A stretch of 63,000 nt of DNA, filler included, from Sphacelaria rigidula (Eukaryota): the NCBI GenBank assembly GCA_964200075.2. It is 8 parts of 8 records of this genome, joined end to end, with 100 filler letters (N's around TTAATTAATTAA, not from the genome) between each part and the next. Parts side by side here need not be neighbours in the genome. Positions count along the whole stretch, not along the records: positions 23,665 to 31,452 come from CAXNAA020013458.1; positions 31,553 to 39,339 come from CAXNAA020013459.1; 6 more parts are not named here. One strand, given 5' to 3'. The translations under genes and the position numbers were made by a program. Positions 23,916 through 35,919 of this stretch are shown piece by piece (position 1 is the stretch's first letter; every line of letters begins with the position of its first letter). The notes beneath the pieces are model-generated. The model saw nothing but the letters and a program-made list of their open reading frames with translations, was not told the DNA's origin and made no database searches.

Positions 23916-26900
23916 AAGTATTCAACGCCCACTGAGCGGCTGGCATAATATCAGCCCATTCAGACACCGGCCGTCTCTGTTCCGAAAACGTGGACCGCAA
24001 CGCATGAACAACCTCTTTCACCATGCGTTCACAAGAACCTTTCGAACAAGGGGTATACGCAACAGCAAATTGGTGTTGCACCTTGAGCGCATCGCTCAGC
24101 TGCGCGATCATTCGATTCTTGGAGTGCGTGGCGGTATCGCTAACCCACACACGCGGCACCCCGAAGGTCTTGCACCAATGAAACAAGTGCTTAGCATCAA
24201 CCTCGGCGGTGCGAGCCTCGGTCGGCTCCAACAAAGCGAAATCTGACAAATCATCCATGATAACCGAAACGTACCGAAAACTATCCTCATCAGCAAACCA
24301 TTAGCACCTTCAGGTCCGCTACTTCCCACGTACATAAAATCAAAGTGAACAACTTCACCTGTCGCAGTACCATTCACATTATCGCCATACGGACGAGGTA
24401 CAATCGCACCAGCACGAGTGTCTACACAATGCAAACACTGTCGAACGAACTCGCGAACGTGAATATCCATGTGAGGTCACGCACAGTATTCTTTCAAATG
24501 GAACAGAGTCGGCGCCACACCACGGTGACNNNNNNNNNNCATCCAACGGAATCCACAAAACATCACTACTGCCAACACGCACGCGAAACAAACCGTCGTC
24601 AGCCACAGCAGCTCGACCGCAAATCGTAGGAAAAGAGTGAACACCGTCGCCGATTGGTTTCCGCTGCGCGGTATATAAGACAAGTTACGAGGGCAGCGAA
24701 TCAGCGGCACCACACGGGCTGTACACGGCAGCAGTACGAACAGGCACGGTAAAAACCTTCACCTTCAGGCGTGACGATCGTGAGGATCTCCTGAGCCCCC
24801 GGCGCCAGAGGCATCTGCCAATACCCCTATAGCAGGTCCAACTTGCCGAAGCATTGGGCTCCCAGCAACTCCCACATGTCTTCTTAGCTCGGCATCACCC
24901 CCGGAGACTGTTCCACTTGCGCGTTCATCACACGATAGTCGCTGACCAAACGGAATGTGCCCCTCTTCGGCACCGCCATCGCCGGCCTCGCCCACACAGC
25001 CTGGATATTCCCCACCATCGAACCAAACGCCACCAAAGCTGCGATGCATGAGGCAAGCCACACGGTCTTCATCGGATCGTAGCGGCGAGGCTTGGCCTTT
25101 ACAGTCTCCCTCATTGGCTCCACGCGCGCCGGCGGATCACCACGCAGCGCACGACGAAGTGTATCCACGCGACGAGCCACAATATCGCGCGGACAATGTG
25201 CGCCATCGGCGCTCAGGCCCTCCTGCTCGGCCTGCTGCACACTATCCTCAAGCTCACGCTCTTTCGCACCTCTCTTCTTCGCTGGGTTCATGAACATGTC
25301 CGCCCACCGATCAACCAAGCGCCCCACCGCTTCATCAGCAGGAGCCTCCTCCTCATTGGTGCTCTGGAATGACCGTATGGATACGATCACACGCCTTGCA
25401 GCAAGATAAATGGGGTTTTCCACGCCAGTTTGCACCGGCACAGCACGCGGGCGTAACATATCCAACGGCAGAGGGTACAATTCATTCCCAAGCTCCTTCA
25501 TCGTCGCCATCCCAAATAGAACCACGTTGTCCCTACCGGGCATGACAGCGAAAGTAGTGGGCTGCAACTCCGTAGCCCGCCACGGCGTGCGCACGCCAAC
25601 AGTAATCAACACCGCTTTTTGTGTAACCGTCACGGGGGCACCCGTGGCGGTATGTGCCGTTTGCCGTCCGTTTTCGAATGGCATCGGAAGCTAAGCGCCG
25701 CCACACTGCGAAGACATTTATTCTGGGAACCCCACACCGATCGACGTGAGAGCGGACCCAGAATTTAGAATAACGCGGGCCATGAATGAATCTACGCAAC
25801 CAGGCAAGGAAAGATCTGCGCGTAAGCATTAAGCCTTGCGATCGACAGGTACCACGCTTGCCGAAGAACCCTGTTCTGTCCCAAGAGTCACCTGACGCCA
25901 GGGCTGCGCTCCAGGACTTGACATCGATAACTGAGAATCGTCGGTTCAACCAGACCAAGTCGCCGAATATGCAGACGGCGCTGTTACAGCCGTCGCAGCA
26001 GCAGGAGATGCACCAGACACGGATCCCGCCTAGCCGAGGGGTTGTGAACTATTCGCTCAGTACTCCCCACCGAAGTATTTTAATTTTCCACGTACACTGT
26101 CCGCCCCGCTACGGACGATCCGTAAGATCCAGAGCCACCACCTGATGACACAATGGAAGAAACAGCAGCGGAGGAACCACTTTCCGCCGCCGATTGCTTG
26201 CTACCGCGGCCGCCGCGCCCGCGTCCCTGGTTGGCACGGCCCCGCCCACCGTGACGACCGCCCCGAGATCCTGATGAATCTCGCGCATTGCCCTGAGCAG
26301 CGCCTTGAGCGCGAGGCTTGGGGCAGTCCTTAATCAGATGTTCGGTGTCGCCGCAGTTGTAACACGCGCGAGTGGACGACGCTTGCGAAGACTGTTGCTG
26401 TTTCTTTGCGACGCATACCACCTGAACTTGTTGCAGAATCGCGCCGGCTATGTGCTTCGATGAACTTCCACTGGTCGGCGGCATCAAAAATCGTTTTGAA
26501 CATAACTATCGGATTCTTTTTCCATCCGTCTATATACGTTAGCACGCTTGTAGCATCCGCCTTGAATTCCGGAGGCGAAATCCCGTCCACCAAAGCTATG
26601 GAAACCGACTCGGCCGGGCCTGTCAACCAACTTCTGTCCTCCGTACGGTACATGGCTTGAATCGTGAGGCTTCCTGCGAAAAACGTTCCCGTCGATGAAC
26701 TGAACATCATCGCACGATCCTTCACGGGTTTTCCGCCGCTTTGTGGCATAGTAAGAACTCTACGAAGGTCTACTGCAGCCCGCGCAGTGTCATGCTTGCC
26801 GCCGGTTGTGGTGTACCCGGCATGCTGCTTCACAGCCCGACGGTCCTTGTACCTATCTTCGAAGCACCGGTGAATATAGGTAGGGATGAGTTGTCCGGCG

Positions 26901-27609
26901 CTCACTCTCTCATGCCGTATGACTCCTGTTGCATTGGCCAATTATAGCCTCTTTATGCAGTCGAGATATTTGGCATAGAAAGTTCTTGACGCTTCTTCAG
27001 TCCACACTTCGCCATTTGGGCGGCTCTAGTGGCTCACCTTACACCAGCGGCGCTGCCGCCGCTTGAGCCATGTCCACTACAATCCAGCACTTCACTGAGA
27101 GACACTTGCCCGACCTATGCGTCCTCCAGCCCACGGAGCGTCCCCCTCTCCTGTGCGCTTCAAGTTGGTCTCTTCCTGTCTGCGGGCTAAACTGGGTTCC
27201 AGCTGCAGCCCACTTTTCTCCTGAGCCAACCTCCTCTAACAGAGTGCCGGAAGAATATTATCTAGATATTGTAGCCTCTGCCAGACGATCTGGACAAGAG
27301 AACTTTCAACGAGGGGCTCCTCCAGTATCACTGGCCTCGTGCTCGACAAGTCCTTTCCTTTCACTTGTTATTTTCACGGGGTGATCCTCAACAGATCACA
27401 TAACGAGCCAGCAGCAAGGGGCCACACGATAAGGGCCATCAATCCAGGATTCCCTATCCCCTGCCACTGCTCCAATGATGCATGTGATTATACTGACACC
27501 TACGGCTTGGTATCAGTTGGCTACAACCCCACCAAAAAAGGCCAACAATCAAGGACCAGAAGAGTGTAGCTCCCCTATCGGTTGGCCTGGAAACTCGGAA
27601 GATCCAACG
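23914..27609 (-). mobile_element. Degenerate Ty3/Gypsy LTR retrotransposon: putative 5' LTR ~27609-27071, PBS, gag, protease, partial RT, integrase
   Basis: CCHC knuckle CYNCGDTEHLIKDC; protease ILNSGSALTSI (DSG mutated to NSG); RT FRLVSDYR..N and KLDLL*GYWQ; integrase HRG..., CLHC, VHFDF, DDLS, VSDTATH, ERMVKEV. Order is PR-RT-IN. The LTR ends ...GGACA and is followed by TGGCTCAAGCGG. Confidence 0.92.
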
Positions 27610-27639
27610 AATCATTGATTGATTGACTCATTCATCGAT

Positions 27640-28130
27640 TGATTGGTAATCTCACATTAGCTTATTGCAACAATCCAGCCCATGGTCAGGAGCAGCAAAA
27701 AAAACAGAATAGTAAAAGAAAAAGAATGAAAGGAACAGAAAAAGACAGGAGCAACGGTCTCAGAAAGGAAAGAAGAAAGGGAGCAGCGTTAACAACAAAA
27801 ACACCACCACCACCACCACCACCACCACCACCACCACCACCACCAACAATAACAACAACAACAACAAACAACAAGAGCAAGAACAAACAGCAACAACAAT
27901 AGCAACAACATAATGACAAACACAAACACAAACGCAAACACAAACACAAACACAAACAACACAAAATGATTATTATCTCGCATTACGTAGCTAATTGCAA
28001 CACTCCAGCTCGTAACCAGAAAAAATGGAGAAAAATGAAATAATAAAAAATAAAAGAATAGGACGTCAAGACAGGAGTAGAATAGACCAGAAGAGAGAGC
28101 CAGGCTCGTTTCCGGCGGCGGGGGGGTGCA
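27640..28130 (+). repeat. Microsatellite-rich dispersed repeat R2 (inverted copy of 47400-47870)
   Basis: cattagcttattgcaacaatccagccc...aatagaccagaagagagagccaggctcgtttccggcgg is the reverse complement of 47400-47850. Contains (CAC)n, (AAC)n and (ACACAA)n. Confidence 0.8.
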
Positions 28131-28199
28131 CAGACGAAACAAAACAGACAAGAAAACAAGAAACCACCAGGAGCAAAAGATGAAAAAATCAGAGATGGG

Positions 28200-29930
28200 A
28201 ATCAAACACAATGCTCGACGTATCTGGCGTAGAGGCTATGATGAGTTGCTGTTGGTACTGTCGGTCCCAGGTGCTGTCGGTGCATCTTGGCCTGCAGCTT
28301 TCGCGTGCCGTATCGCTACCTCTGCGTCATCCTTTTGGCACCAGTCCGCCCCCAACCTTTCTGCTCCCTGTTCAACACAGCTGTGCCACTCTAGTGCATT
28401 CGAAGCTCTGGCAATGCACCCCTGCCATTCAATACCGAACGCCTTCATGTATTCCGCTAGGCAGCGGATCCAGTCCTTGTGACTACCTTTGGACTCTCTT
28501 TCTTGTACCTTCACGGCTATAATTTCACCGAACATGACGTGTTAAGGTATTCGTCCGGGTAACATGCGCGTCACAAAACCGACGAAATGGAGTCTCCTAT
28601 TCCTCACCGCCGTCTCGATGCTTTCGCACCCTGTCCTCGCGAGGGTCTCTCGGTATGACAGAACGTGGTCTGTGCGATTGCACTTGTGCCATCCAAGACA
28701 GCGCCTGAGCAACGCATGGTTGGCCGTGCGCAGTGTGTTGTAGTGGCCGTTGAGAGGGGTCCATGTGACGCACCCGTACAGGAGCGCTTCGACAGCCTCG
28801 GCTTTGATCATGCGGACCTTGAGGTGAACGGCCGCGTTCGGTCGATTGTAAAGTTGGACTTTGTACTGGTGGTAGCTCGACCATACCCCTTGTAGACGCT
28901 TTTTTTATTTCCACCGAGAGGTCACCGCTCTCCGTAACTGACCCCCCCCAGGTATACAAAGTTGTCTGATTGTTCGTTTACCTGGCCAGCTGCGTTGATG
29001 TCGAGGTGCCCCGCCCGTGAGTGCAGTCGCATGGTCTTCGTCTTTGCTTCCGACACGGTCAACCCGAACTCTCCGCAGATCGTCACAATCACCGTCATCA
29101 TCTTCTCAAGGCTCGATGATGTCCGCGAGACGATGCAGGCGTCATAGGCATACAGCATACTCCATAAGGACCGTTCCTCTTTCGCCGCGATTGCTGTGGC
29201 CACGTCTGGCTCGACCCATGCTACCTCACATTCCTATTGGAAATCTCCCTTTTCGCGCTTCCGGACTCGCACTAGGTCCCCCGAGATGTCAGGGTCATCG
29301 CGGAAGGTTGTCAGGGCCACCGTGAATACTACCGTGAAGAACATTTTGAACAGCAGTGGTGCTAGGACGTTTTCCTCCCGGAGGCCCTGGTCGATGCCGA
29401 ACCATTCTGAGTATTCCCCGTCGTCCGTGCGCACCCGAGCTTACATACCATCGTGGGATTGGCAGATGCTCGAGAGCATGATGGGTGGGACGCCTTAGCG
29501 TTCCAGAACTTTCGACAGTAATGGGCGGTCGACAGAGTCGCATGCTTTCGTGAGGTCGACGAAACACATGTAGAGCGGGATCTGTCGTCTCCGGTTAAGG
29601 TTCTGGAGGCGTTGGACGGTGAACATCATAACGACGGTTGAGCGTCCGGGGCGGAAGCCGCACTGTTCTTCAAACATAATTCCATTGCCCTCGCTGTAGG
29701 CGCTTAGGCGGCGGGCGATTATTTTGAGGAGCACCTTGGCGGCGTGTGACACGAGTGAAATTCTTCTGTGGTTTCCGCATTCTGTCCGATCGCCTTTTTT
29801 GTGGAGCACCATGATGGTGGCACCCTTCCATTCTGGTGGCATACGGAGCGTTTGTTGTATGCCGGAGCTCACAAAAATCCAACGAACATGAGTGAACATC
29901 TCGCCGACACACCAGCCCGAACGGCATCAT
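28200..29930 (-). mobile_element. Non-LTR retrotransposon (RTE-like LINE) RT fragment, 5'-truncated and frameshifted
   Basis: PPEWKGATIMVLHKKGDRTECGNHRRISL, QCGFRPGRST, FVDLTKACDSVDR, GLREENVLAPLLF, MLYAYDAC (YADD), FVYLGG, ALLYGCVTW, RNRRLHFVGFV. Confidence 0.93.
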
Positions 29931-30209
29931 GCGGTGACAACATCAGACCGTTGCCGGATCTGCGATTTGCGGCTTGGACACGGGGATGGATACTGACCTG
30001 ATTCCGGATTGGAGGGAAAACACCTGAATCCAACGGCGTAAACTATACAGTCGGGTGCCTTCTTCTGATCGTTGCCGTTGCACCCACGAGACCACCACTC
30101 GGAATACTGTGGGACCGACGCACCGCAACCCACGCAACACGGACCGAAAAGTTTCAGAATATCGTGAGCAGCAAAGGTCAACACGGTACCGCCGCGGAAC
30201 AATGGCAAT

Positions 30210-31410
30210 TATTGTTTTTATTATTATCATTGTTGTTGTTGTTGTTGTTGTTCTTGTTGTTTTTCTTCTTACTATTACTATTACTATTACTATTACTATT
30301 ACTATTACTATTACTATTACTATTACTATTATTATTTCCGCACATTAGTCCGATCTCTCAAACTCGTGGTCACAGACGTAGGCTCGTCTTTTCGATACCG
30401 TCCCTGCTATTCCTTACAAGAAATAGAGTTCCATATCATTTTTTTAGAGACTCCAGCCTAATTACATGGACAAACGCAATTACCTCAAATATTACCAAAA
30501 TGAAAATCAGAAGAGAGACGCCAAGAAAAACATGGGAAGTAGCCTCTCTAAGCTTAACGGGGTGAAAAAGAAATAAAATCAGATCTGCTAAGAGAGTACA
30601 CCGACAAAATGGAAAATAAAAAAAAAAGACGAGAAAAAAAGACAGGTGCCACAAAGGGATTCGCAAGGCCACCGGGCGGAGGGCAACAAAAAAAACAACC
30701 TCAGGCACACTCATAGATCACCACCACAGCTGTTCGGAGAAACCGCAGACGTACTAGTGAGTGTACCTCCCGATGGACTAGTGGTTAGTTTTGAAGGCCC
30801 TCCGTAGGCACTGGGGGAGCCCTAGTGGTGGCACAGCAAAAAGGTCATCAGCGTGGCGTGCTTTTGTCCAGGCTGTCATGTACATGTCAGCCCCTTCCTC
30901 TACAACCCGGGGCCATTCGGACACATCTTGGGCAACCTGCGTCCACGATACGATCCCGCATATATCCAAAAATACGAGCAGTAGTCCGTGATGAAGTGTT
31001 GTAGGCGCCTTGCTGATCGGCCTACCTTCGTCGTCCCCTCCAACCATGACTCCACGCATGACAAGGTTGGCGTTCATCATGCATGCGCACAACGCGACTG
31101 GCGTGTAGGAGGGTTCGCTTCATCACTGTGGCCTCAATGAACTCGCAGCTTGTTCGTTCGAGGACCTCGTAGTATGGCAGCATGTGGTGGTCAGGGGCGC
31201 TGCGGCTTGAGGTATGCTTATTGAGGCACCTCAGCAGGAATCCTCGATGGGCCTCCCGTAACGCGCTGAAATTATCGTGTGCGATCGTCCAGGTCACGCA
31301 GCCGTACAGCATTACCTCGATCACTTCAGTTTTCAGGAGACGAACCTTGGTGGGGACGGCGATGTACGGGTTGTCGTATACCGCTTTGCTGTATTCCGTG
31401 CCCCGTGGCG
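30210..31410 (-). mobile_element. Second RTE-like LINE 3' fragment with 3' UTR and (AAT/AGTAAT)n tail
   Basis: IEVMLYGCVTW...FLLRCL...IEATVMKRTLLHASRVVRMHDER. The tail microsatellite is at 30210-30335 and the same UTR end plus tail occurs at 39440-39545. Confidence 0.82.
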
Positions 31411-31571
31411 AAGGATAGATAGTTTTGTCTTTTGTATTATTGGAGAGTGCCTNNNNNNNNNNNNNNNNNNNNNNNNNNNNNNNNNNNNNNNNNNNNTTAA
31501 TTAATTAANNNNNNNNNNNNNNNNNNNNNNNNNNNNNNNNNNNNNNNNNNNNATCTTCCTTCCTCATGACA

Positions 31572-31966
31572 GATGGATCATTTATTGGGGATGAGAAACC
31601 CGGAGGATTAAAATCTTCGTATCCGCACCAAATGTTCGAAATATGGTTCCATTTCTTCACCTACTGATAGCTCTTGACAACTGCTACACGCCATAGAAAC
31701 TTGGATTTCGATCACTGAAATGTTGGGGTCCTAGGTAAAAAACAGTTTGTGGAATTCCGGGTGTCCGAGCGGACGCCAAATGGTTCCGAAATTGTTTTTT
31801 CACCTGGGACCCCAACATTTCGGTGATCGAAATCCAAATTTCTATGGCTTGTAGCAGTTGTCAATAGCTATCAGTAGGTGAAGAAATGGAACCATATTTC
31901 GAATATTTGGTGCGGATACGAAGATTTTAATCCTCCGGGTTTCTCATCCCCAATAGATGATCCATC
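31572..31966. mobile_element. Near-perfect ~395-bp foldback MITE (arms ~31572-31745 and ~31792-31966)
   Basis: The ~175-bp arms are reverse complements with only scattered mismatches. Confidence 0.9.
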
Positions 31967-32390
31967 CCCAATTTGTAAGATCTCATGTTGCAGGGATATA
32001 TCCCACGTTCTCTCCACCCTAGTAACGATGAAAGTCGGACCATTTAGTTTACAGCACCTACCATGGCGCGGCGGCATGCTCGTTCGCAGTCAAAGGGGGT
32101 GATTACAACGAATGCACCAAAGGCGGTCTACTGCAGCAATGGCGAAATAAACGATCCCAACCAAGCGTGAAAGTTCCCAGCTGCTCGTTGTGCTCTCGGC
32201 TTTTTTCACTTCGATTAGCGTGTAGATTTTGTCTCCCCAAGCCAACTTTTTTTGTTGTATTTTGGGGGGGGATGTGCTATCGTAGCATAAGTGAAACGTG
32301 ACAAGAGGAACGTGAAGGAAAAGATGTAAACACATCGTCGTCGGCTGGGCTCCATACGAGCAGATACTTGCTCCCTAACCGCGACACAAG

Positions 32391-32638
32391 TGACACTTTC
32401 TACGATAGCTCCCCCCCAAACCAGCCCAAAAGTGTCACGAAAAAAATGGTCATACAGCGCCTGATGTTTAGGTTCAGCTTACATGAAGCGCCTCATATGG
32501 GCGACATTGGCGAGAACGGACCCAAACGTGGGAATTCCCACCTGCTCGTTACGCTTGGCTTTTTCCATTTCTACCTACGTGAAGATTTTGCCTCCCTAAA
32601 CCAGGCACTTTTGGGGGGGGCTCTCGTAGAAAGTGTCA
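32391..32638. mobile_element. ~250-bp MITE with TIR GACACTTTCTACGATAGCCCCCCC
   Basis: Both TIRs present. Copies at 45185-45438 and 48500-48765; single ends at 7889-7959 and 55036-55113. Confidence 0.85.
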
Positions 32639-32949
32639 AGTGTCCTGAGGCGAGACTGCTTGTGTCTGATAGATGGACGAAAACTGCGTCACCGCTGAAG
32701 GCAGGCCAGGCCGCCTGAGAGAGCACACAAGCAAGCGTGTGTGTGCTGCCTAATATGCAAGCTGCCTCTTCAAAACCCAGCTTGCTTACTTGTTTTCCCG
32801 AGATCTCTGTCACGAAACAGAGCACCGCACGCCCTGAACGTGTATCTCAACACATCCCGTTACGAAACTGATTTGATTTATTGATTGTCGCACTGATCCT
32901 CCAGGGATTCAGCTGTGGAAACATGATTGACTCACTAAGCAGATAGCGG

Positions 32950-33085
32950 CGCTTGGTGATTGATTGCCAACCTGGTCCGGCGAAAACCCGGCGTTCTCCG
33001 TCCCGGCTTTGTAGGGATGCGAGGTCCAATGGTCACATGACTACGGCATGCAAGATCATGCGTACAATTCCCCCCCTCTCCTATC
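32950..33085 (-). repeat. Dispersed repeat module L
   Basis: cgcttggtgattgattgcc...catgcaagatcatg.gtaca, nearly identical in layout to 16290-16410. Confidence 0.75.
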
Positions 33086-33489
33086 GCAGCATGACTCATG
33101 ATCGATTCTGCTTTTTGAGCGTCCGCAACACTGCTGCATATCCATGTTAAAGTAAGAAGCGACCGCCGCCCACTCCAACGTTACTCCGAGAGGTCGAGCT
33201 TCCCGGTGTCGTCTGTTTGAGCTTTGAAGTTTTCCCATATTACAGAAGTAGTTTTCTCGAAAACCAACATCGTAGCGCTCGGTGAGCGGGCCTGAAATTC
33301 TCTTCAGCATCTTAGAATTGCCTCGTAGAATGACGTGGGTTTTACCCCAGTTCGCCTCTAAAGCATCCATGGTTGGCACATTTTGAAAATAATGAGTGAT
33401 GCCGCGATAGCCCCCCCACCCCCTCCCCGCCAAAAGGGCTGAACAACTGATACGAGTCAACGATCATATACCGCACATCGAGATCACGG

Positions 33490-33775
33490 GTGGTTCCAGA
33501 AACCAGGTGTTGGAATTTACTCTCAGGAGTGGAGATAAAGCAAGTACCTGGTTTTAGAAACCAGGTTTTGAAAATGATTTTGAAGAATGCATTTCAGTTC
33601 GTTCCAGAAACCAGGTCTCGAAATATATTTAGTAAGAACACGGATATGGCTGGGTTCAGAAACCACGTCTAAATACCTCACATGTCGATTTCCCTCGGTC
33701 CCCATTAGATGTTCCTGGGGGTGACTACCGCGGCATCACTCAAACCCTAACCCTAAAACCCTACGCCCAACCCAA
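33490..33775. repeat. Repeated GTTCCAGAAACCAGG motifs followed by a short degenerate telomere-like CCCTAA tract
   Basis: Motif at ~33492, 33547, 33601 and 33652; aaaccctaaccctaaaacccta at 33742-33763. Confidence 0.55.
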
Positions 33776-35214
33776 GGTATCCCGAGAACCTCAACCAAGG
33801 GGAGTGCAAATGATGTCCTGAGTAACGTGTGCGTTGGGCATATCAATTCGGCGCCTGCGGCGGCGAATTCGATATAAACGCGCTCTGTGCAAGGTAGGAA
33901 GCAATCGGGGATGTCATTCCCACTAAAGATTCGGAAATCAACAACCATGAATAAGCCGTAGGCGAACTACGGCAAACTCTGTTGGGCGGAATGGCCAACG
34001 CTAATTCCACAGCCATGGCGTGACGGCGACCCATCGATACCTCGGCGCCCCGTTTACGACGTTTGTGTGTGTGGGTGTGTGTGGGTGTGTGTGGGGGGAG
34101 GGGAGCGGTGCACGGGAGAGTCAGTCCATCGTGCTTGTGGTACATAGTGGGCGATTAACCGTCAAAATTAGAAAAAAAACGGGAACAGATTTGTAAATAT
34201 CTTCGAAAATCTCCCCCAAACCACAAAACATAGGCCTTTTGTATCCAACATTCTCAATAAATTATGACTACGATATTCCTGTCCGCATCTCCATAACTTC
34301 ATATTTTCAATGAACCTAACGATGTCATCGTAGGCATCCCCATCGGGGAGACATGATCTGTACCCCACAACTGTCTTTCCCGTATAGGACAGACGGAGTA
34401 TACGACACTTTTTTCGATCTTAAAGATACGCCACGTAGCACACGGTTACCCGTCAAGAATCCAAAAGGAACACACACACACACACAAAATAAACAAAAAA
34501 CTAAACATCCGAGTCGAAAGAAGCGTGTACATTCACGGGACAATGAGACGGAAAAATCTTCGTGCGCCGAAAATGTTCCGGGGACAATATCACGAGACAC
34601 ATGCATGAGCACATGATCCGAACACACTATTTTAAATAAATAAAAAAACACAAACGTTTATAAATAGAATATATTTTCAGGCACAAACATAGCGAAAGCG
34701 TCGTGTGAGAAATACTTCAAACCATCACATCAATTGTGCCCAGAACGTGACGTGATTCTTTCACAACATGCCCTGTTATACACGAGAGCCCCAGGGTGGT
34801 GGCATCGAAAAAAGCCTAGGATACAATAAAAAAGTGTGCCCACGTTCAAAATTATGGAACATGAATATCTGTCTTCGGACGTCATTGCGTGTGTACTGCA
34901 CATTGTGGGATGTATAATACGTACTCACGCTCCAATTCATGGAACGAGTAGACCGAACGGACAGGAACAGAACCCCCTCCACCCCCCTCCCTCCTCCCCC
35001 TCGAAACACAACACGAAATAGTTTGATGATGACCGAATATAGTAAATGAAGTACATAGAATAAATCCATATACAAGTGTCTCTATTATCTCCGCTTCCGC
35101 GATGCATAAGCCTGTTGAATTCAGCCTATCTGGCAACGTCACACATCCACCACACCATCGGTGATTGTCGGTATTTCCGACAACGTGAACTAACACCTGT
35201 AAAACCACGTATGA

Positions 35215-35480
35215 ACAAAACTGCCGATTCAAAATTACATCAACACCAGATGGGGAACAAGAAGGCATCGAGCTGTCAACATAAATGCCCACCTATCAAC
35301 ATGAATGCCCACCTGCCAATATGAATGCCGATCTGCTGACATAAATGCTGAACAGTTGACCAAAAATGCCACACTTCAACAACAAAGCCGACCTACCGAC
35401 TAAAATGCCGACCTGCCAAACCAAGAGTGCCAAACTGTCGATCAAATCGCCGAACTGGAGAAACCTAAACGCCGAACCAA
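35215..35480. repeat. Degenerate ~20-bp tandem minisatellite (aaatgcccacctgccaacat)
   Basis: About 10 recognisable units. Confidence 0.75.
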
Positions 35481-35919
35481 TCGGCCTCCGTGAAGAAACA
35501 AAAGGAAAGAGTCCAGTTTGCTTCTTGACTGCTCAAGAAATGTTTCCTCGATATACTTACGGTACATCACGGAGGACACCACCCGGGGTGACAAGGAAAT
35601 CACTCTCGATTTTCTAGCAAAACGGCGGGGGTCATCCCGACGAAAGTTATATCACGGGAATACATCGTTGCGATCTTGCGGCAAACGGGGTATTATGGCT
35701 GCGTGAAAACTTGTATAAAAGAAAATTAAGCGTAGCCTATTGTTACCACCCCGCGTGGTATCCTCCGTACCAACTCACGGCGCAAGCCCTTCCTTAGCAA
35801 CATTTTTGAACAAGCACACACACAAACACACCCACACAAGCTGTCAGTTAACAATGTTCTCCCGTTCGAAAAACGTAGATCACATTTTGTTCTGGGGGGA
35901 GGGAGGGGGAGGGGGATTC

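Noticed and set aside
33150-34060. Upstream exons of the SEL1 gene
   Set aside because: Different contig, and only short ORFs without recognisable homology.
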